A DNA stretch of 64,000 bases from Pseudomonadota bacterium (GTDB taxonomy: Bacteria; Pseudomonadota; Gammaproteobacteria; Ga0077536). The stretch lies in assembly GCA_036158955.1 (NCBI GenBank), contig JAYYFI010000007.1, positions 2,576-66,575 on the forward strand, in the 5' to 3' direction. The position numbers and the translations under genes were made by a program. Positions 1 through 12,331 of this stretch are shown in pieces. Within the stretch, counting starts at the first letter, position 1, and each line of letters starts with the position of its first letter. The notes under the pieces were generated by a model. The model made no database searches, was not told where the DNA came from, and saw only the letters and a list, made by a program, of their open reading frames with translations.

Positions 1-2
1 GT

Positions 3-299
3 TTTTCACTAGTTTTAGGTATACCGCGAGATTCTTTCAAGATTACTGGAGATTTGAGCACCTATGAAACTATTGGAATGTCTGGTTCTAAAGTTATGAG
101 GAAATTCTGTGGTAATTGTGGATCGCCTATGTATTCTGATGCTGATGCATTTGAAGGACTTTTATTTGTAAAAAGTGGTACTTTGGATGATCCCTCGGGA
201 TTGGTTCCAACTATGGAAATTTTCTGTGATGATGCCCAGGAATGGTGTAAGTTTGCGGTTCAACTTGATCGTGTGGCTAAAAATCCACCAGCAGCTTGA
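3..299 (+). CDS. GFA-family (CENP-V / glutathione-dependent formaldehyde-activating enzyme-like) protein, N-terminus cut by window edge
   Basis: The frame is open from nt 3, with no stop upstream of the listed TTG at 54, so the gene continues leftwards. The C-terminal part carries the RKFCGNCGSPM zinc-cysteine motif typical of GFA domains. Confidence 0.7.
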   Translation, partial: FSLVLGIPRDSFKITGDLSTYETIGMSGSKVMRKFCGNCGSPMYSDADAFEGLLFVKSGTLDDPSGLVPTMEIFCDDAQEWCKFAVQLDRVAKNPPAA

Positions 300-370
300 T
301 GGTCTCCGAATTTCACTAGTAAGCTTGTGTTCGCCTTAAGACATGATACAATTTAAAAATATTTTGTGAC

Positions 371-2359
<1,989 letters not shown>

Positions 2360-2363
2360 GTCG

Positions 2364-3107
2364 ATGAAGAAACAAAACAAAACAGCGCTTGTTACTGGCG
2401 CAGGACGCGGGCTTGGATTCGAAATTTGTCTCCAGCTCGGAAAGCTTGGCCATAAAATAATTCTAGGGGTCCGCGATCCCAGTTCTGTGGATAAACAGAT
2501 GAATAAACTTGAAAAACAACAAATTGAGTGCGCTACCTTGAAATTAGACATGGGAGACATTTCGAGTATTGAATCGGCGGTGGATAGTTTAAAAAAAGAA
2601 ACTAGTTGCTTGGATGTATTAGTTAACAACGCGGGTACGTTTGAAGAAGACTGGGGCACGCTGCCCAGTGAATTAGATTTTGCTGACCTAAAGCGCACTT
2701 TTGATGTTAACTTTTTTGGCCCTTACAGGCTTACCCAGCTTCTGGTTCCTATAATTAAGAGGAGCCCACAAGGTAGAATAGTGAATATATCAAGCGATAT
2801 GGGATCACTTGAGGGAATAAATGATCCCAATTCTTTGGTGTATGAAGTTATGGGTCCTGCTTATCAGGCCTCAAAGGTTTCGATAAACTCAATCACTGCT
2901 CTGTTTGCTAAAGAGTTGCGAGATACTAATTGTAAAGTTAATTCGGCTTCTCCCGGCTGGTGTAGAACCGACATGGGCACAGATAGTGCTCCTTTGACAG
3001 TTGAAGAAGGTGCGGCCACACCAGTTTGGCTCGCTACTCTGCCACAAGATGGCCCCACTGGGAAATTTTTCTCATCAACGCGCAATAAAGGAAAAATGGA
3101 GTGGTAA
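2364..3107 (+). CDS. short-chain dehydrogenase/reductase (carbonyl-reductase-like SDR)
   Basis: TGAGRGLG cofactor motif, NNAG, and the catalytic S...YQASK. ATG 2364 is preferred over the listed TTG 2352 and lies 4 nt after the thiC stop. Confidence 0.85.
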   Translation: MKKQNKTALVTGAGRGLGFEICLQLGKLGHKIILGVRDPSSVDKQMNKLEKQQIECATLKLDMGDISSIESAVDSLKKETSCLDVLVNNAGTFEEDWGTLPSELDFADLKRTFDVNFFGPYRLTQLLVPIIKRSPQGRIVNISSDMGSLEGINDPNSLVYEVMGPAYQASKVSINSITALFAKELRDTNCKVNSASPGWCRTDMGTDSAPLTVEEGAATPVWLATLPQDGPTGKFFSSTRNKGKMEW

Positions 3108-3144
3108 ATAAATTTAATCAAGAACAAATCAAGAGGATATTAGA

Positions 3145-3990
3145 ATGGTAAAATTTGGTGCAATGATTTTTGCTACTGACAAATGTATGTCGGCTGTAGA
3201 CTTGGCGGTAGCTTTAGAAGAGCGTGGATTGGACTCATTCTTTGTTCCTGAACATACTCATATTCCAAATGACACAAGTTCTCCTTTTTTTCCTGATGGA
3301 AAGGTGCCGGAGTTTTATCTTAGAACTTTTGACCCTTTCGTAGTTTTGGGCCAATGCGCTGCTGTTACAAAGAAAATATTATTGGGGACTGGAATTTGTT
3401 TGGTTTCTCAACGTCACCCTATCACTTTGGCGAAAGAAGTTGCAACGATCGATAGATTAAGTGGAGGACGATTTATTTTTGGGATCGGTGCTGGTTGGAA
3501 TAAGCCAGAAGTTGAGAATCACGGCGCGCCTTTTTCAAAGCGTTGGAAGATAACACGTGAAAGAATTTTAGCAATGAAAGAAATCTGGACTAAAGAAGAA
3601 GCTGAATATCATGGTGAGTATGTACAATTTGATAAGATGTGGTCTTACCCCAAACCAATTCAAGAAGGTGGCCCGCCTATTTGGGTTGGTTCGAACGCAA
3701 AATTTGTAGAGGAAAGAATAGCTGAGTACGGAGACGGATGGATCCCTATTGGAGGGAGAGAAGGGGGTGCGAGTGCAGAAGGTCTGAAACAAGCATGCGA
3801 AGCTGCTGGCCGAAATTTTAACGACATTACACTTGCTTATTTTTTTGCCCCCATGGATATCCGGGAAATTGAAAAAAATATAAAGCTTGGCTTCAGTCAT
3901 TTTATTTTTAATCTTCCAAGTGAAAGCGAAAAGACTGTTTTGCCGACACTAGATAAAATTGTAAACATTATTGAGAAAATTAAAAGCTAA
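3145..3990 (+). CDS. luciferase-like monooxygenase (LLM) family oxidoreductase, short ~280-aa class (resembles the class usually annotated as probable F420-dependent)
   Basis: Bacterial-luciferase-family blocks: FFVPEHTHIP, GTGICLVSQRHPITLAKEVATIDRLSGGRFIFGIGAGW, PPIWVG. GAGGA SD before ATG 3145. Confidence 0.75.
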   Translation: MVKFGAMIFATDKCMSAVDLAVALEERGLDSFFVPEHTHIPNDTSSPFFPDGKVPEFYLRTFDPFVVLGQCAAVTKKILLGTGICLVSQRHPITLAKEVATIDRLSGGRFIFGIGAGWNKPEVENHGAPFSKRWKITRERILAMKEIWTKEEAEYHGEYVQFDKMWSYPKPIQEGGPPIWVGSNAKFVEERIAEYGDGWIPIGGREGGASAEGLKQACEAAGRNFNDITLAYFFAPMDIREIEKNIKLGFSHFIFNLPSESEKTVLPTLDKIVNIIEKIKS

Positions 3991-4001
3991 AGGAGCTCAT
4001 C

Positions 4002-5015
4002 ATGACGCCAGTCGGCTACTTTCCATGCACCCAAGATCCACCTGATGGGAAAAATATCTCGAATCTGATTAAAGAATTAGTTGAGCAGGCTGAGCTTTGT
4101 GAGAAAGTTGGATTTGATGGGTTTTACTTTACTGAGCATCATCAACAGTCGGATGGATATTTGCCATCTCCGGTTTTATTATCCGGAATGGTAGGTATGC
4201 GAACAACTCGTTTGAAAGTTGGGACCTGTGTGCTTTTGTCGCCACTCTATCATCCTATCCGTTTAGCAGAGGATATCGCTGTTGTTGACCAGGCAACAGA
4301 GGGCAGAATGGTAGCTGCCATGGGCATAGGTTATCAACCAGACGACTTTGATGCTTTTGGTGTGTCGATTAAAGAGCGTGCTGCTAGAACCGAGGAGAGC
4401 GTTGAAATTTTAAAAACAGCGTGGAAAGGCGAGAGATTCTCCTACCCAAGTAGGTTTCATAAAATTGAAAATGTTAGAGTTACGCCAAGCTCATTCCAAA
4501 AAAATGGCCCCCCTATCTGGCTTGCTGGTTGGGTTCCTGCTGGGTTGAAACGTGCCGCAAGAATGGGAGATGGATGGATAGCCGATCCTATTCAATCTTT
4601 AGAGGTTATTCGTGACTATGCTAATCAATATAGGGTGGAGGCAAAAAAGCAAAATAGGAAGCCATTTGTAGTTTTGATGAGGGATTGCATCATAGGAGAG
4701 AACTGGGAAGCTGTTGTGTCAAAAAGTGGCCCCACTATGGCAACTCATAAATGGTATTTTCATTATGGTGCTTATGTTAAAGATGAGCATATAAAAAATA
4801 TTGCGACTGAGGAGGAACTCACATTTGAAACAATCGCTAAAGAGCGTCTGATTGCGGGTTCGCCTGAACAATGTCTTGAACAACTTAAATATTGGAAAGA
4901 TGAGGTCAAGCCAGACTATATAATGCTCAGGATGCGGCAGCCAGGGGGGCCAATTCAAACTGAGGCGTTGAAAGACATTAAATTATTTGGAGATAAAGTA
5001 ATAGGAAATCTGTAG
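4002..5015 (+). CDS. LLM-class flavin-dependent oxidoreductase
   Basis: [64 protein letters not shown]; 11 nt after the previous LLM. Confidence 0.8.
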   Translation: MTPVGYFPCTQDPPDGKNISNLIKELVEQAELCEKVGFDGFYFTEHHQQSDGYLPSPVLLSGMVGMRTTRLKVGTCVLLSPLYHPIRLAEDIAVVDQATEGRMVAAMGIGYQPDDFDAFGVSIKERAARTEESVEILKTAWKGERFSYPSRFHKIENVRVTPSSFQKNGPPIWLAGWVPAGLKRAARMGDGWIADPIQSLEVIRDYANQYRVEAKKQNRKPFVVLMRDCIIGENWEAVVSKSGPTMATHKWYFHYGAYVKDEHIKNIATEEELTFETIAKERLIAGSPEQCLEQLKYWKDEVKPDYIMLRMRQPGGPIQTEALKDIKLFGDKVIGNL

Positions 5016-5026
5016 GAGAGAAAGGA

Positions 5027-5974
5027 ATGAAGTATTTTGACAATAATGCTTTGTCAATCGGCGAAACCCCTTTGGTCAAATTAAACAGTGTAGTTAATAG
5101 TAACAAAACTCTTGTGCTAGCGAAGATAGAGGGTAGAAACCCGGCGTATTCAGTTAAATGTAGGATTGGAGCTTCTATGGTTTGGGAGGCTGAGAAAAGA
5201 GGAATTTTAAATAAAGGAATTGAAATAATTGAGCCAACAAGTGGTAATACCGGCATCGCTCTAGCCTTTGTCTGCGCAGCTAAAGGATACAAGCTCACCT
5301 TGACCATGCCGGAAACTATGTCGATTGAGAGAAGAAAGGTGTTAAAAGCTTTTGGTGCCAATCTGATTTTAACAGAAGGATTAAAAGGGATGAAAGGCGC
5401 AATAGAGATGGCAGAAAATATCGTTAGTGAAAAAAAAGGAAGGGCTTTCATGCCTCAGCAATTTTCCAACCCAGCCAATCCGTTAATACATGAACAAACG
5501 ACGGGTCCAGAAATTTGGAATCAGACTGATGGCAAAATCGATGTTCTCGTTTCTGGGATTGGTACAGGTGGAACTATTACGGGAATCTCTCGATATATTA
5601 AAAAAAAGGCTAAAAAATCCATTCATTCTGTTGGCGTTGAGCCTATGGAGAGCCCGGTGATTACAATGACTCTGAATGACGAAGAGGTCAAACCTGCTCC
5701 ACATAAAATCCAAGGGATTGGAGCCGGTTTCGTGCCCAAAAACTTGGACCTAGATTTAGTCGATCAAGTAGAGTGTGTCAGCAGTGATGAGGCACTGGAA
5801 ATGGGGAGAAGGTTGGCAAAAGAGGAGGGCATTTTTGCCGGGATTTCATGTGGCGCAGCTACTTGTGTAGCTTCAAAATTATCTTTTGATAAGGATTTTG
5901 AAGGTAAGACGATAGTCGTGATTTTGCCAGATGCAGGAGAAAGGTATCTTTCGAGTAGTCTTTTTGATTATTAA
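5027..5974 (+). CDS. cysK: cysteine synthase A (O-acetylserine sulfhydrylase)
   Basis: Near-collinear with my memory of E. coli CysK: [14 protein letters not shown] (PLP lysine), [54 protein letters not shown]. Confidence 0.92.
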   Translation: MKYFDNNALSIGETPLVKLNSVVNSNKTLVLAKIEGRNPAYSVKCRIGASMVWEAEKRGILNKGIEIIEPTSGNTGIALAFVCAAKGYKLTLTMPETMSIERRKVLKAFGANLILTEGLKGMKGAIEMAENIVSEKKGRAFMPQQFSNPANPLIHEQTTGPEIWNQTDGKIDVLVSGIGTGGTITGISRYIKKKAKKSIHSVGVEPMESPVITMTLNDEEVKPAPHKIQGIGAGFVPKNLDLDLVDQVECVSSDEALEMGRRLAKEEGIFAGISCGAATCVASKLSFDKDFEGKTIVVILPDAGERYLSSSLFDY

Positions 5975-6032
5975 TTTTTTAAATTTTGAGTCATTTAACC
6001 ATTAGGTTATTATTATCAGTCCAGTGGCAGCT

Positions 6033-6704
6033 ATGAAAATCCTTATTGTAGAAGACGATAGTGAAACGCTCTCATTTATCAAAAAGGGGTTTGAGCAAGA
6101 TGGGAACCTCGTTGATGTCGCCGCAAATGGAGAAGATGGATTGTTAATGGCAACCACTTCCGATTATGATGTGATAATTCTTGATAGAATGTTGCCCCGA
6201 ATAGATGGACTTTCCGTCGTGAGAACACTTCGAGCAAACAATAATAATACGCCTATTCTTATTCTGAGCGCTATGTCGGAAGTCGATCAACGAGTAGAAG
6301 GGCTCGAAGCAGGATGTGATGATTATTTAGTAAAACCGTTCGCTTACAGCGAGTTAAAGGCGCGAACAATTATCTTGTCTAAAAGAAGAGATAATCGAAC
6401 CACCTCCAATGAACTTGCTGTTGGAAAATTAAAATTAGACCAACGTAAAAGACAAGTTTTTTTAGACGGCTCGGAGATAGTCTTAAAACCAAGAGAGTTC
6501 AAACTGCTAGAATACTTGATGTTACATTCGGGGCAAGTGGTGACTCGGACTATGTTACTAGAACATGTTTGGGATTATCATTTTGATCCCCAGACTAATA
6601 TTATCGATGTGCATATCAGTCGTCTAAGAACGAAAATTGATCGGGATCCATCAAACCCAATGATTGAAACCGTAAGAGGCGCAGGATACAGAATAGTTGA
6701 ATAA
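6033..6704 (+). CDS. OmpR-family two-component response regulator
   Basis: Receiver domain (MKILIVEDD, DVIILDRMLP phospho-Asp, KPF) plus a winged-helix C-terminus (LKPREFKLLEYLM, VHISRLRTKID, TVRGAGY). ATG 6033 preferred over the listed GTG 6024. Confidence 0.9.
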   Translation: MKILIVEDDSETLSFIKKGFEQDGNLVDVAANGEDGLLMATTSDYDVIILDRMLPRIDGLSVVRTLRANNNNTPILILSAMSEVDQRVEGLEAGCDDYLVKPFAYSELKARTIILSKRRDNRTTSNELAVGKLKLDQRKRQVFLDGSEIVLKPREFKLLEYLMLHSGQVVTRTMLLEHVWDYHFDPQTNIIDVHISRLRTKIDRDPSNPMIETVRGAGYRIVE

Positions 6705-6706
6705 AC

Positions 6707-8071
6707 ATGTTTCATCGTCATATTAAAAATATTTTTCGGTCATTATCATTTAGACTTACGATCTCGTTTAGCTTATTCATGGGTGCATCTTTTTCAGTTT
6801 TAATTTATTTTTTGTATTGGTCTAGCATTGCATTGTTGGTAAAGGAAACAGATGCAACCTTAGACGCAGAAATTAAATCGCTGGCTAGCCAATATAATGA
6901 ACGGGGTGTACAGCGCCTAGCCAGGGTAATAGGGGCTAAGGTTAGATTGAGCAAAGACGAGGACATGCTTTATTTGTTACAAAGTTCTGCTGGCAAGCCC
7001 ATAGTGGGTAATTTAAATAACTGGCCTAATAATTCGACCGAAATCAATGAAAAATTTGAATTTTCCTTTGAAGCTGACAACAAACTGATTAGGGCGAGGG
7101 CTCAAATTTTTCAATTAGAACGAGGCTTAAATTTACTTGTCGGTAGGAATATAAAAAAAATAAATGAGTTGAGAACTACTTTTCAGCGGGCGGCAATTTT
7201 TTCACTTGTATTGGTAGTAATCTTTGCCATTTGCAATGCCATCTATATCAGTCGCCGAGCAACTTCAAGAATAACTGAATTTACGAATGTAACCTCTCGA
7301 ATTGTTGAAGGTAACCTAACTGAAAGGGTTTTGGTATCAAAAAATAATGACGAATTTGATCTTCTAGCAAGACATTTAAATGAGATGCTAGATAGGCTTG
7401 AAAAACTAGTTTCGGGAGTTAAGCATGTGTCAGACAATATTGCACATGATCTGAGAACGCCTCTGACAAGGTTGAGAAATAGGATTGAAAGTTTAACCCA
7501 TAATGATATCAATCAGATCGATTCAGAATTAAGGGTTTGTGTAAAAGAGGCTGATGAATTACTTAAAATCTTTTCAAGTTTATTGAGAATATCTCGCATT
7601 GAATCCGGTAGTTATGGGGGTAGTATTGAAGCCTTAGATATAAATTCAATTATTTATGATGCGGTAGAATTATACCAAGCAACCGCAGAAAATAAATTTG
7701 TAACGATTGTTGTAGAACTAGATGAAAAGATGGCTCTTAATGGAGATAAAAATCTTTTGTTCCAGATGGTTGCTAATCTACTTGATAATGCAATTAAATA
7801 CAGCCCCGAACATAGCGCGATAGCGCTTCACGGTGAAACAATCGGAAAAAAAATATCTTTATCGGTAGCGGATAAAGGACCAGGTGTTACGGATTCTGAT
7901 CACGATAAGATGGTTGAGAAGTTTACGCGTTTGGATCCTAGCAGAAGTTATCCAGGTAGTGGATTGGGTTTAAGCTTAGTTAAGGTTGTCGTTGAGTTTC
8001 ATAAGGGTAACCTAACATTTATTGATAACAACCCTGGCCTTAAAGTGTTGGTAGAATTTCCGGTTATTTAA
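6707..8071 (+). CDS. sensor histidine kinase (2 TM, HAMP, HisKA, HATPase_c)
   Basis: H-box SDNIAHDLRTPLT, N-box LLDNAIKYSP, G-boxes DKGPGV and GSGLGLSLV. Starts 2 nt after the regulator stop. Confidence 0.9.
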   Translation: MFHRHIKNIFRSLSFRLTISFSLFMGASFSVLIYFLYWSSIALLVKETDATLDAEIKSLASQYNERGVQRLARVIGAKVRLSKDEDMLYLLQSSAGKPIVGNLNNWPNNSTEINEKFEFSFEADNKLIRARAQIFQLERGLNLLVGRNIKKINELRTTFQRAAIFSLVLVVIFAICNAIYISRRATSRITEFTNVTSRIVEGNLTERVLVSKNNDEFDLLARHLNEMLDRLEKLVSGVKHVSDNIAHDLRTPLTRLRNRIESLTHNDINQIDSELRVCVKEADELLKIFSSLLRISRIESGSYGGSIEALDINSIIYDAVELYQATAENKFVTIVVELDEKMALNGDKNLLFQMVANLLDNAIKYSPEHSAIALHGETIGKKISLSVADKGPGVTDSDHDKMVEKFTRLDPSRSYPGSGLGLSLVKVVVEFHKGNLTFIDNNPGLKVLVEFPVI

Positions 8072-8088
8072 AAAAACGGTGATAGTTA

Positions 8089-8781
8089 ATGTTTACAGGA
8101 TATGTCGCTGATTCAGTAAAATTCCTAGAGGAATTAAGACTGAACAACAATCGTAGTTGGTTTAAAGATAATCAAAATAGATATGAGGAAGCTGTTCGAG
8201 GGCCATCTCTAGAATTAATAAGTGACTTCAATAAAGAACTTGATAAAATTTCTTCGAATTTTGTTGCTGTTCCCAAAAAAGTTGGTGGTTCATTGATGAG
8301 AATTCAAAGGGATGTGAGATTTTCGAAAAACAAATCTCCTTATAAACATAATATTGGCATCCATTTTAGACATAAACTAGGAAAAAACATTCACGCTCCA
8401 GGGTTTTATTTACACATTGCACCGGGCAATTATCATTTAGGTGCTGGGATTTGGCGTCCTGATTCACAAACACTTAAAAGGATAAGATCATTCATAGCTG
8501 ACAACCCTAATTCATGGCAAGAGGTCGTGAAAAAATTTAAGGGTAAGAGCAAGACAGGTCAATGGCATTTGGTGGGGAGTAGTTTAAAAAGATCGCCACT
8601 AGGATTTGATAAAAATCATCCAGCTATCGAGGACCTGAAAAGAATCGATTTTCTTTTACAAAAAAAAATCGAAAAGAAGCAGATTATGGAGCGCGATTTT
8701 CTCACTTTTCTCGGCAAAGTGTATGCAGAGACTGCAGAATTTGTTGAATATTTATGCTTGGCGATTAATATAGATTTCTAG
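8089..8781 (+). CDS. DUF2461 (TIGR02453-like) family protein
   Basis: N-terminal FLEELRLNNNRSWFKDNQNRYEE signature and RIQRDVRFSKNKSPYK block, as remembered for this family. Function unknown. Confidence 0.65.
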   Translation: MFTGYVADSVKFLEELRLNNNRSWFKDNQNRYEEAVRGPSLELISDFNKELDKISSNFVAVPKKVGGSLMRIQRDVRFSKNKSPYKHNIGIHFRHKLGKNIHAPGFYLHIAPGNYHLGAGIWRPDSQTLKRIRSFIADNPNSWQEVVKKFKGKSKTGQWHLVGSSLKRSPLGFDKNHPAIEDLKRIDFLLQKKIEKKQIMERDFLTFLGKVYAETAEFVEYLCLAINIDF

Positions 8782-9608
8782 CAATCTAGCTGTTGCCCTA
8801 ATACTCTTATATCTATTTTTGAAATACTTACTGCACCTTGCTCGAGTGCGAATACATCTGAATTTTTATTTTCTTCTGTTCTAGTCTTGGCAAGTGCAAA
8901 CTGAAAACCGTTATCGTGAGGTTTGAAACAATTATCATAATATGTGTTACTTAACACTGTTCTCTTGATTTCGATATCTTTAGTTGCATTTGAGGAATAC
9001 TTTTTAGGGAAATTAACATTCCAAGTTATCGGATCGGTATTATCTTTATCTTTCAAATAGTCCCAAACTTTGTTTACCGAAAGTTTAAGTCTGGATAATA
9101 ATGTATTTTGCGTATTTTCGCTAAACCTTCTGTTAGTATCCCAATGCTTAAAATCTTCCGGAAAAAACTCTTGTGAGAGAGCGATCGCTGGTACGCCGCT
9201 TATATTAGCTTCGATACAAGCACCTATGGTTCCTGATGCTAAAGAAAAACCAACACCTATGTTTTTGCCTATGTTTACACCTGAAACTACAAAATCGGGT
9301 TTCTTTTTTGCTATATTGTAAAGCCCAATATTTGCGCAATCAGCCGGGGTGCCATTAACAGCCCAACAACTAGTGTCTCCGATAAGGATTTCCTTTTTTT
9401 CAATAAGCCCACGCCGTGTCATTGATTTACCTTTCCAGCTTTGTTCTTCTGCGGGGGCAACCACTAGTAAATCATTATTAAATTTTAATGCCTCGATAAG
9501 AATAGCTAGTAAGGGAGAATCTACACTATCGTCATTGGTGATTAAAATAAAAGGTTTTTGTTTGCTATGTTCGCTTTTCATATTTGATTTTGATTGGTTT
9601 TTTATCAA
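8778..9608 (-). CDS. surE: 5'/3'-nucleotidase SurE
   Basis: ILITNDDSVDSP metal-binding motif, NGTPADC, SGVNIGKNIG, SGTIGA. An alternative start lies 9 codons in (MKSEH). Confidence 0.82.
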   Translation of the reverse strand: MIKNQSKSNMKSEHSKQKPFILITNDDSVDSPLLAILIEALKFNNDLLVVAPAEEQSWKGKSMTRRGLIEKKEILIGDTSCWAVNGTPADCANIGLYNIAKKKPDFVVSGVNIGKNIGVGFSLASGTIGACIEANISGVPAIALSQEFFPEDFKHWDTNRRFSENTQNTLLSRLKLSVNKVWDYLKDKDNTDPITWNVNFPKKYSSNATKDIEIKRTVLSNTYYDNCFKPHDNGFQFALAKTRTEENKNSDVFALEQGAVSISKIDIRVLGQQLDC

Positions 9609-9760
9609 GAAAATTCAGATTACCATTTTTATGTTAATCCATCTACTTAACTGTTTTTATTTTCTTGTATGTTGCTATACTGAATGTATAGTGTTGTCTA
9701 TTAATATTTTTTGGAAACGTTAAAAAAAAGTTATTTTTTGCTTAATTTTAGGTTCTTCTT

Positions 9761-10468
9761 ATGAAGCTAGGGCTTATTCAATGTGATTATGTTCCAACTT
9801 TATTGCAATCTTCTTTTAAAGATTATCCAGTAATGTTTGAAAAAGCATTTAATCAATGCGACCCGGACTTGGATTGGACTGTAATTGATATTTGTGGAGG
9901 CAATCACGATGTAGATGTGCAAGACTTTGATGGATTTATTATTAGTGGGAGTCGCTCCTCGGTAAACGATCCTAAATTATGGATCGAGGAACTTTTAAAT
10001 TTAATTAGAAGAATCATTGAGAGAGAAGTCCCTCTTGTTGGATTATGTTTTGGCCATCAGGCTATTGCTAAATCTTTAGGTGGTCTTGTTTCCAGATCTA
10101 AGACAGGATGGAATATTGGCTGTGTTCCGGTAGAATTGACAGTTGCTGGAAAAAGTATATTAAACGTTGCGCAGCATTCTTATCTTTATGCTTTTCATCA
10201 GGACAATGTAGAGACCTTGCCGGAAAATGCTCGCTTAATTGGTTCGACGGAGATATGTGAGAATTTTATTGTAGAGTTCAAAAAGGGTGTAATTGGTTTT
10301 CAGGGGCATCCAGAATTTGATGTGACTTATATGCAAGGTTTGTTGGACATAAACATTGCGAACTTGGATGATAGCAAATTAAATTCTGTCGCAGCGACTT
10401 TAAGAAAAGCGTCTCACAGTGATGCCGTTCGACGCTTCATAATTCAATATATCAAAAATAACCAGTGA
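9761..10468 (+). CDS. class-I glutamine amidotransferase-like protein (GuaA-type GATase1 domain only)
   Basis: GLCFGHQ nucleophile elbow and GFQGHPEF His/Glu region. No synthetase domain. Confidence 0.75.
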   Translation: MKLGLIQCDYVPTLLQSSFKDYPVMFEKAFNQCDPDLDWTVIDICGGNHDVDVQDFDGFIISGSRSSVNDPKLWIEELLNLIRRIIEREVPLVGLCFGHQAIAKSLGGLVSRSKTGWNIGCVPVELTVAGKSILNVAQHSYLYAFHQDNVETLPENARLIGSTEICENFIVEFKKGVIGFQGHPEFDVTYMQGLLDINIANLDDSKLNSVAATLRKASHSDAVRRFIIQYIKNNQ

Positions 10469-10472
10469 GGTT

Positions 10473-11546
10473 CTAATTAAACTCCGGCATAATTTCAGAA
10501 GCAACTTGCTCAACAACTTCGCGAGTTGGTCTAATCGGTTGAATTGCAACCTGATCGACTCCAGCTTCTTTCATTTTATGGATCATTTGGATTACTTCAT
10601 CTTTCGTGCCCGTTAAAGTTGTTGCTTGAATGATCTCCTTGCTCATTATAGCCTCATGCTCGTCCTTTAATTGTTGAAGATAGCCTGAATAGAGTTTTAA
10701 ATGCCTTGTCTCAACCGGCTCGTTTGGCTCTTTGTATACCCCGGTAAATTTAACTATTTCATTTCGAAATTCTTCAGGCAGTAACGAGGGATCATGATGG
10801 CAAGATAATGCAAATATATTGCTACTCGATGCAACCATTGGTCCTACCGCTTCCTTGACTGGTCTTGAAGCAATCTCCTCGTCCGTCTTGGTAAGATAAA
10901 AGGCTGTCATTGAAACAACATAAACATCATTAGGATTTCTACCCGCTTCTTTTGCTCCTTTTCTAACATTATCGACCATCCATCCAATTATCGCAGGGTC
11001 TACCGCGCCAAATAAAATTACCCCGTCTGCAATTCTTCCAGCCATCTGAGCAACTTTGGGTCCGCTGGCAGCAATATATACAGGGATTTTGTCATCGATG
11101 TTGATATAATCAGTGTCTGGGTTTAGAAATTTAATTTTTCTGTGTCTTTTTCCTTCTTGATAGTCAACAATTTCATCTCGTTGAAATAGGCCTTTGCAAA
11201 CTTTGATATGTTCCTCTAATTCTGCAACTTTAGCTGCCGGCATGCCCATTGTTCGTCTAGTTGTATTGCCAGTGCCAATTCCAAGAATTGCTCTTCCAGG
11301 AGCAATAGAGTTTAGGGTTGCCATTCCGCATGCGGTCAAAGGTGCTATCCTAGACTTTGGATTGGTTACCCCTGGGCCTAATTTAATTTTATTAGTTTCA
11401 TGGGCGCAAAGGGCAAGAGATGCATACACCTCGCTTCCTAACATTTGCGAGTCATAAAGCCAACCGTGGGAGAAGCCGTGGTCTTCTGCATATCTTACGT
11501 CACCGTGGACATTAATATCCCCCATAAAAACAAATCCAAACTCCAT
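10473..11546 (-). CDS. LLM-class oxidoreductase, Mer-like subgroup
   Basis: KLGPGVTNPKSRIAPLTACGMATLNSIAPGRAILGIGTGNT and IPVYIAASGPK blocks. AGGAGG SD. Paralogous to 34800..35882. Confidence 0.8.
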   Translation of the reverse strand: MEFGFVFMGDINVHGDVRYAEDHGFSHGWLYDSQMLGSEVYASLALCAHETNKIKLGPGVTNPKSRIAPLTACGMATLNSIAPGRAILGIGTGNTTRRTMGMPAAKVAELEEHIKVCKGLFQRDEIVDYQEGKRHRKIKFLNPDTDYINIDDKIPVYIAASGPKVAQMAGRIADGVILFGAVDPAIIGWMVDNVRKGAKEAGRNPNDVYVVSMTAFYLTKTDEEIASRPVKEAVGPMVASSSNIFALSCHHDPSLLPEEFRNEIVKFTGVYKEPNEPVETRHLKLYSGYLQQLKDEHEAIMSKEIIQATTLTGTKDEVIQMIHKMKEAGVDQVAIQPIRPTREVVEQVASEIMPEFN

Positions 11547-11576
11547 ATTATCCTCCTAAAACTACTCCTAATGTGT

Positions 11577-12239
11577 TTAAAAACCCGAAAACAGAGAATT
11601 TATCCAGTCCCCTATTTGCTTGCATTGAGGTAGTGTTACCTGATGCTCCATTTCGAATTCAGTATACTCTACTTTATAGCCATTTTCCTCAAAATAATAC
11701 TTAGCCTCTTTTCCTAAAGTTGCAGGGACAATTTCATCGTACTTCCCGTGACAAATAAATATTTCGGTTTCTTGATTAGCTGGATGGTGACTCAATTTAA
11801 AGTCCTTCGGAATATAAGTTGATAGTCCAAGTATGCCAGCAAGTTTGTTACTGCATGAGACTCCGGCGCCATACGCAATGACTCCACCTTGCGAGAATCC
11901 TGCTAATAAAATATTTTCTGTAGGGATTTTTATCTTTATTTGATCAATTAAATTGCCGATGGCGTCGATAGATTTACTTATTCCTTCGATGTCGGCCTTA
12001 CGATTAATATTTAGTTCAAAAATATCATACCAGGCTGGCATCATCATCGAGTTATTGATAGTTACGTTAATTTTTGGGGCATTTGGAAATACAAACCAGG
12101 GGCGTATCTCCGAGTTAATTTCCAAGTGTGGAACGATGGGCTCAAAATCGTGGCCATTCGCTCCTAATCCGTGTAGCCAAATGATGCAAACATTTGGCTC
12201 TTTCTCTGGTTTTACCTGAACACAGTCGTTAAGTAGCAT
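11577..12239 (-). CDS. phospholipase/carboxylesterase-family alpha/beta hydrolase
   Basis: IWLHGLGANGHDF, GFSQGG nucleophile elbow, CHGKYDEIV and a C-terminal His region. Confidence 0.8.
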   Translation of the reverse strand: MLLNDCVQVKPEKEPNVCIIWLHGLGANGHDFEPIVPHLEINSEIRPWFVFPNAPKINVTINNSMMMPAWYDIFELNINRKADIEGISKSIDAIGNLIDQIKIKIPTENILLAGFSQGGVIAYGAGVSCSNKLAGILGLSTYIPKDFKLSHHPANQETEIFICHGKYDEIVPATLGKEAKYYFEENGYKVEYTEFEMEHQVTLPQCKQIGDWINSLFSGF

Positions 12240-12331
12240 CTATTTCCACACCTTTTTTCAGTCTATAATATATAAAAACATAGGATCTGTCATCGCCACA
12301 CGAGATCAATACCTGATATAGTCTTGTCCAA

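Noticed and set aside
4978-5451. 157-aa ORF antisense to cysK
   Set aside because: It is a shadow ORF of a strongly supported gene (cysK is near-collinear with E. coli CysK). The hydrophobic, repetitive translation is typical of antisense frames.
9675-9691. Perfect 6-bp inverted repeat CTATAC-N5-GTATAG in the surE / GATase divergent intergenic region
   Set aside because: A short palindrome in AT-rich DNA is easily explained by chance. No second copy was seen elsewhere and no regulator gene is nearby. It could be an operator, but the evidence is insufficient.
12240-12331. Checked for a guanidine-I (ykkC) or other riboswitch upstream of the membrane-protein/carboxylase operon
   Set aside because: The 92-nt leader is AT-rich and lacks the conserved GGGA / ACGR / CCGGGAG-type blocks I remember for ykkC. 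No convincing structure was seen.
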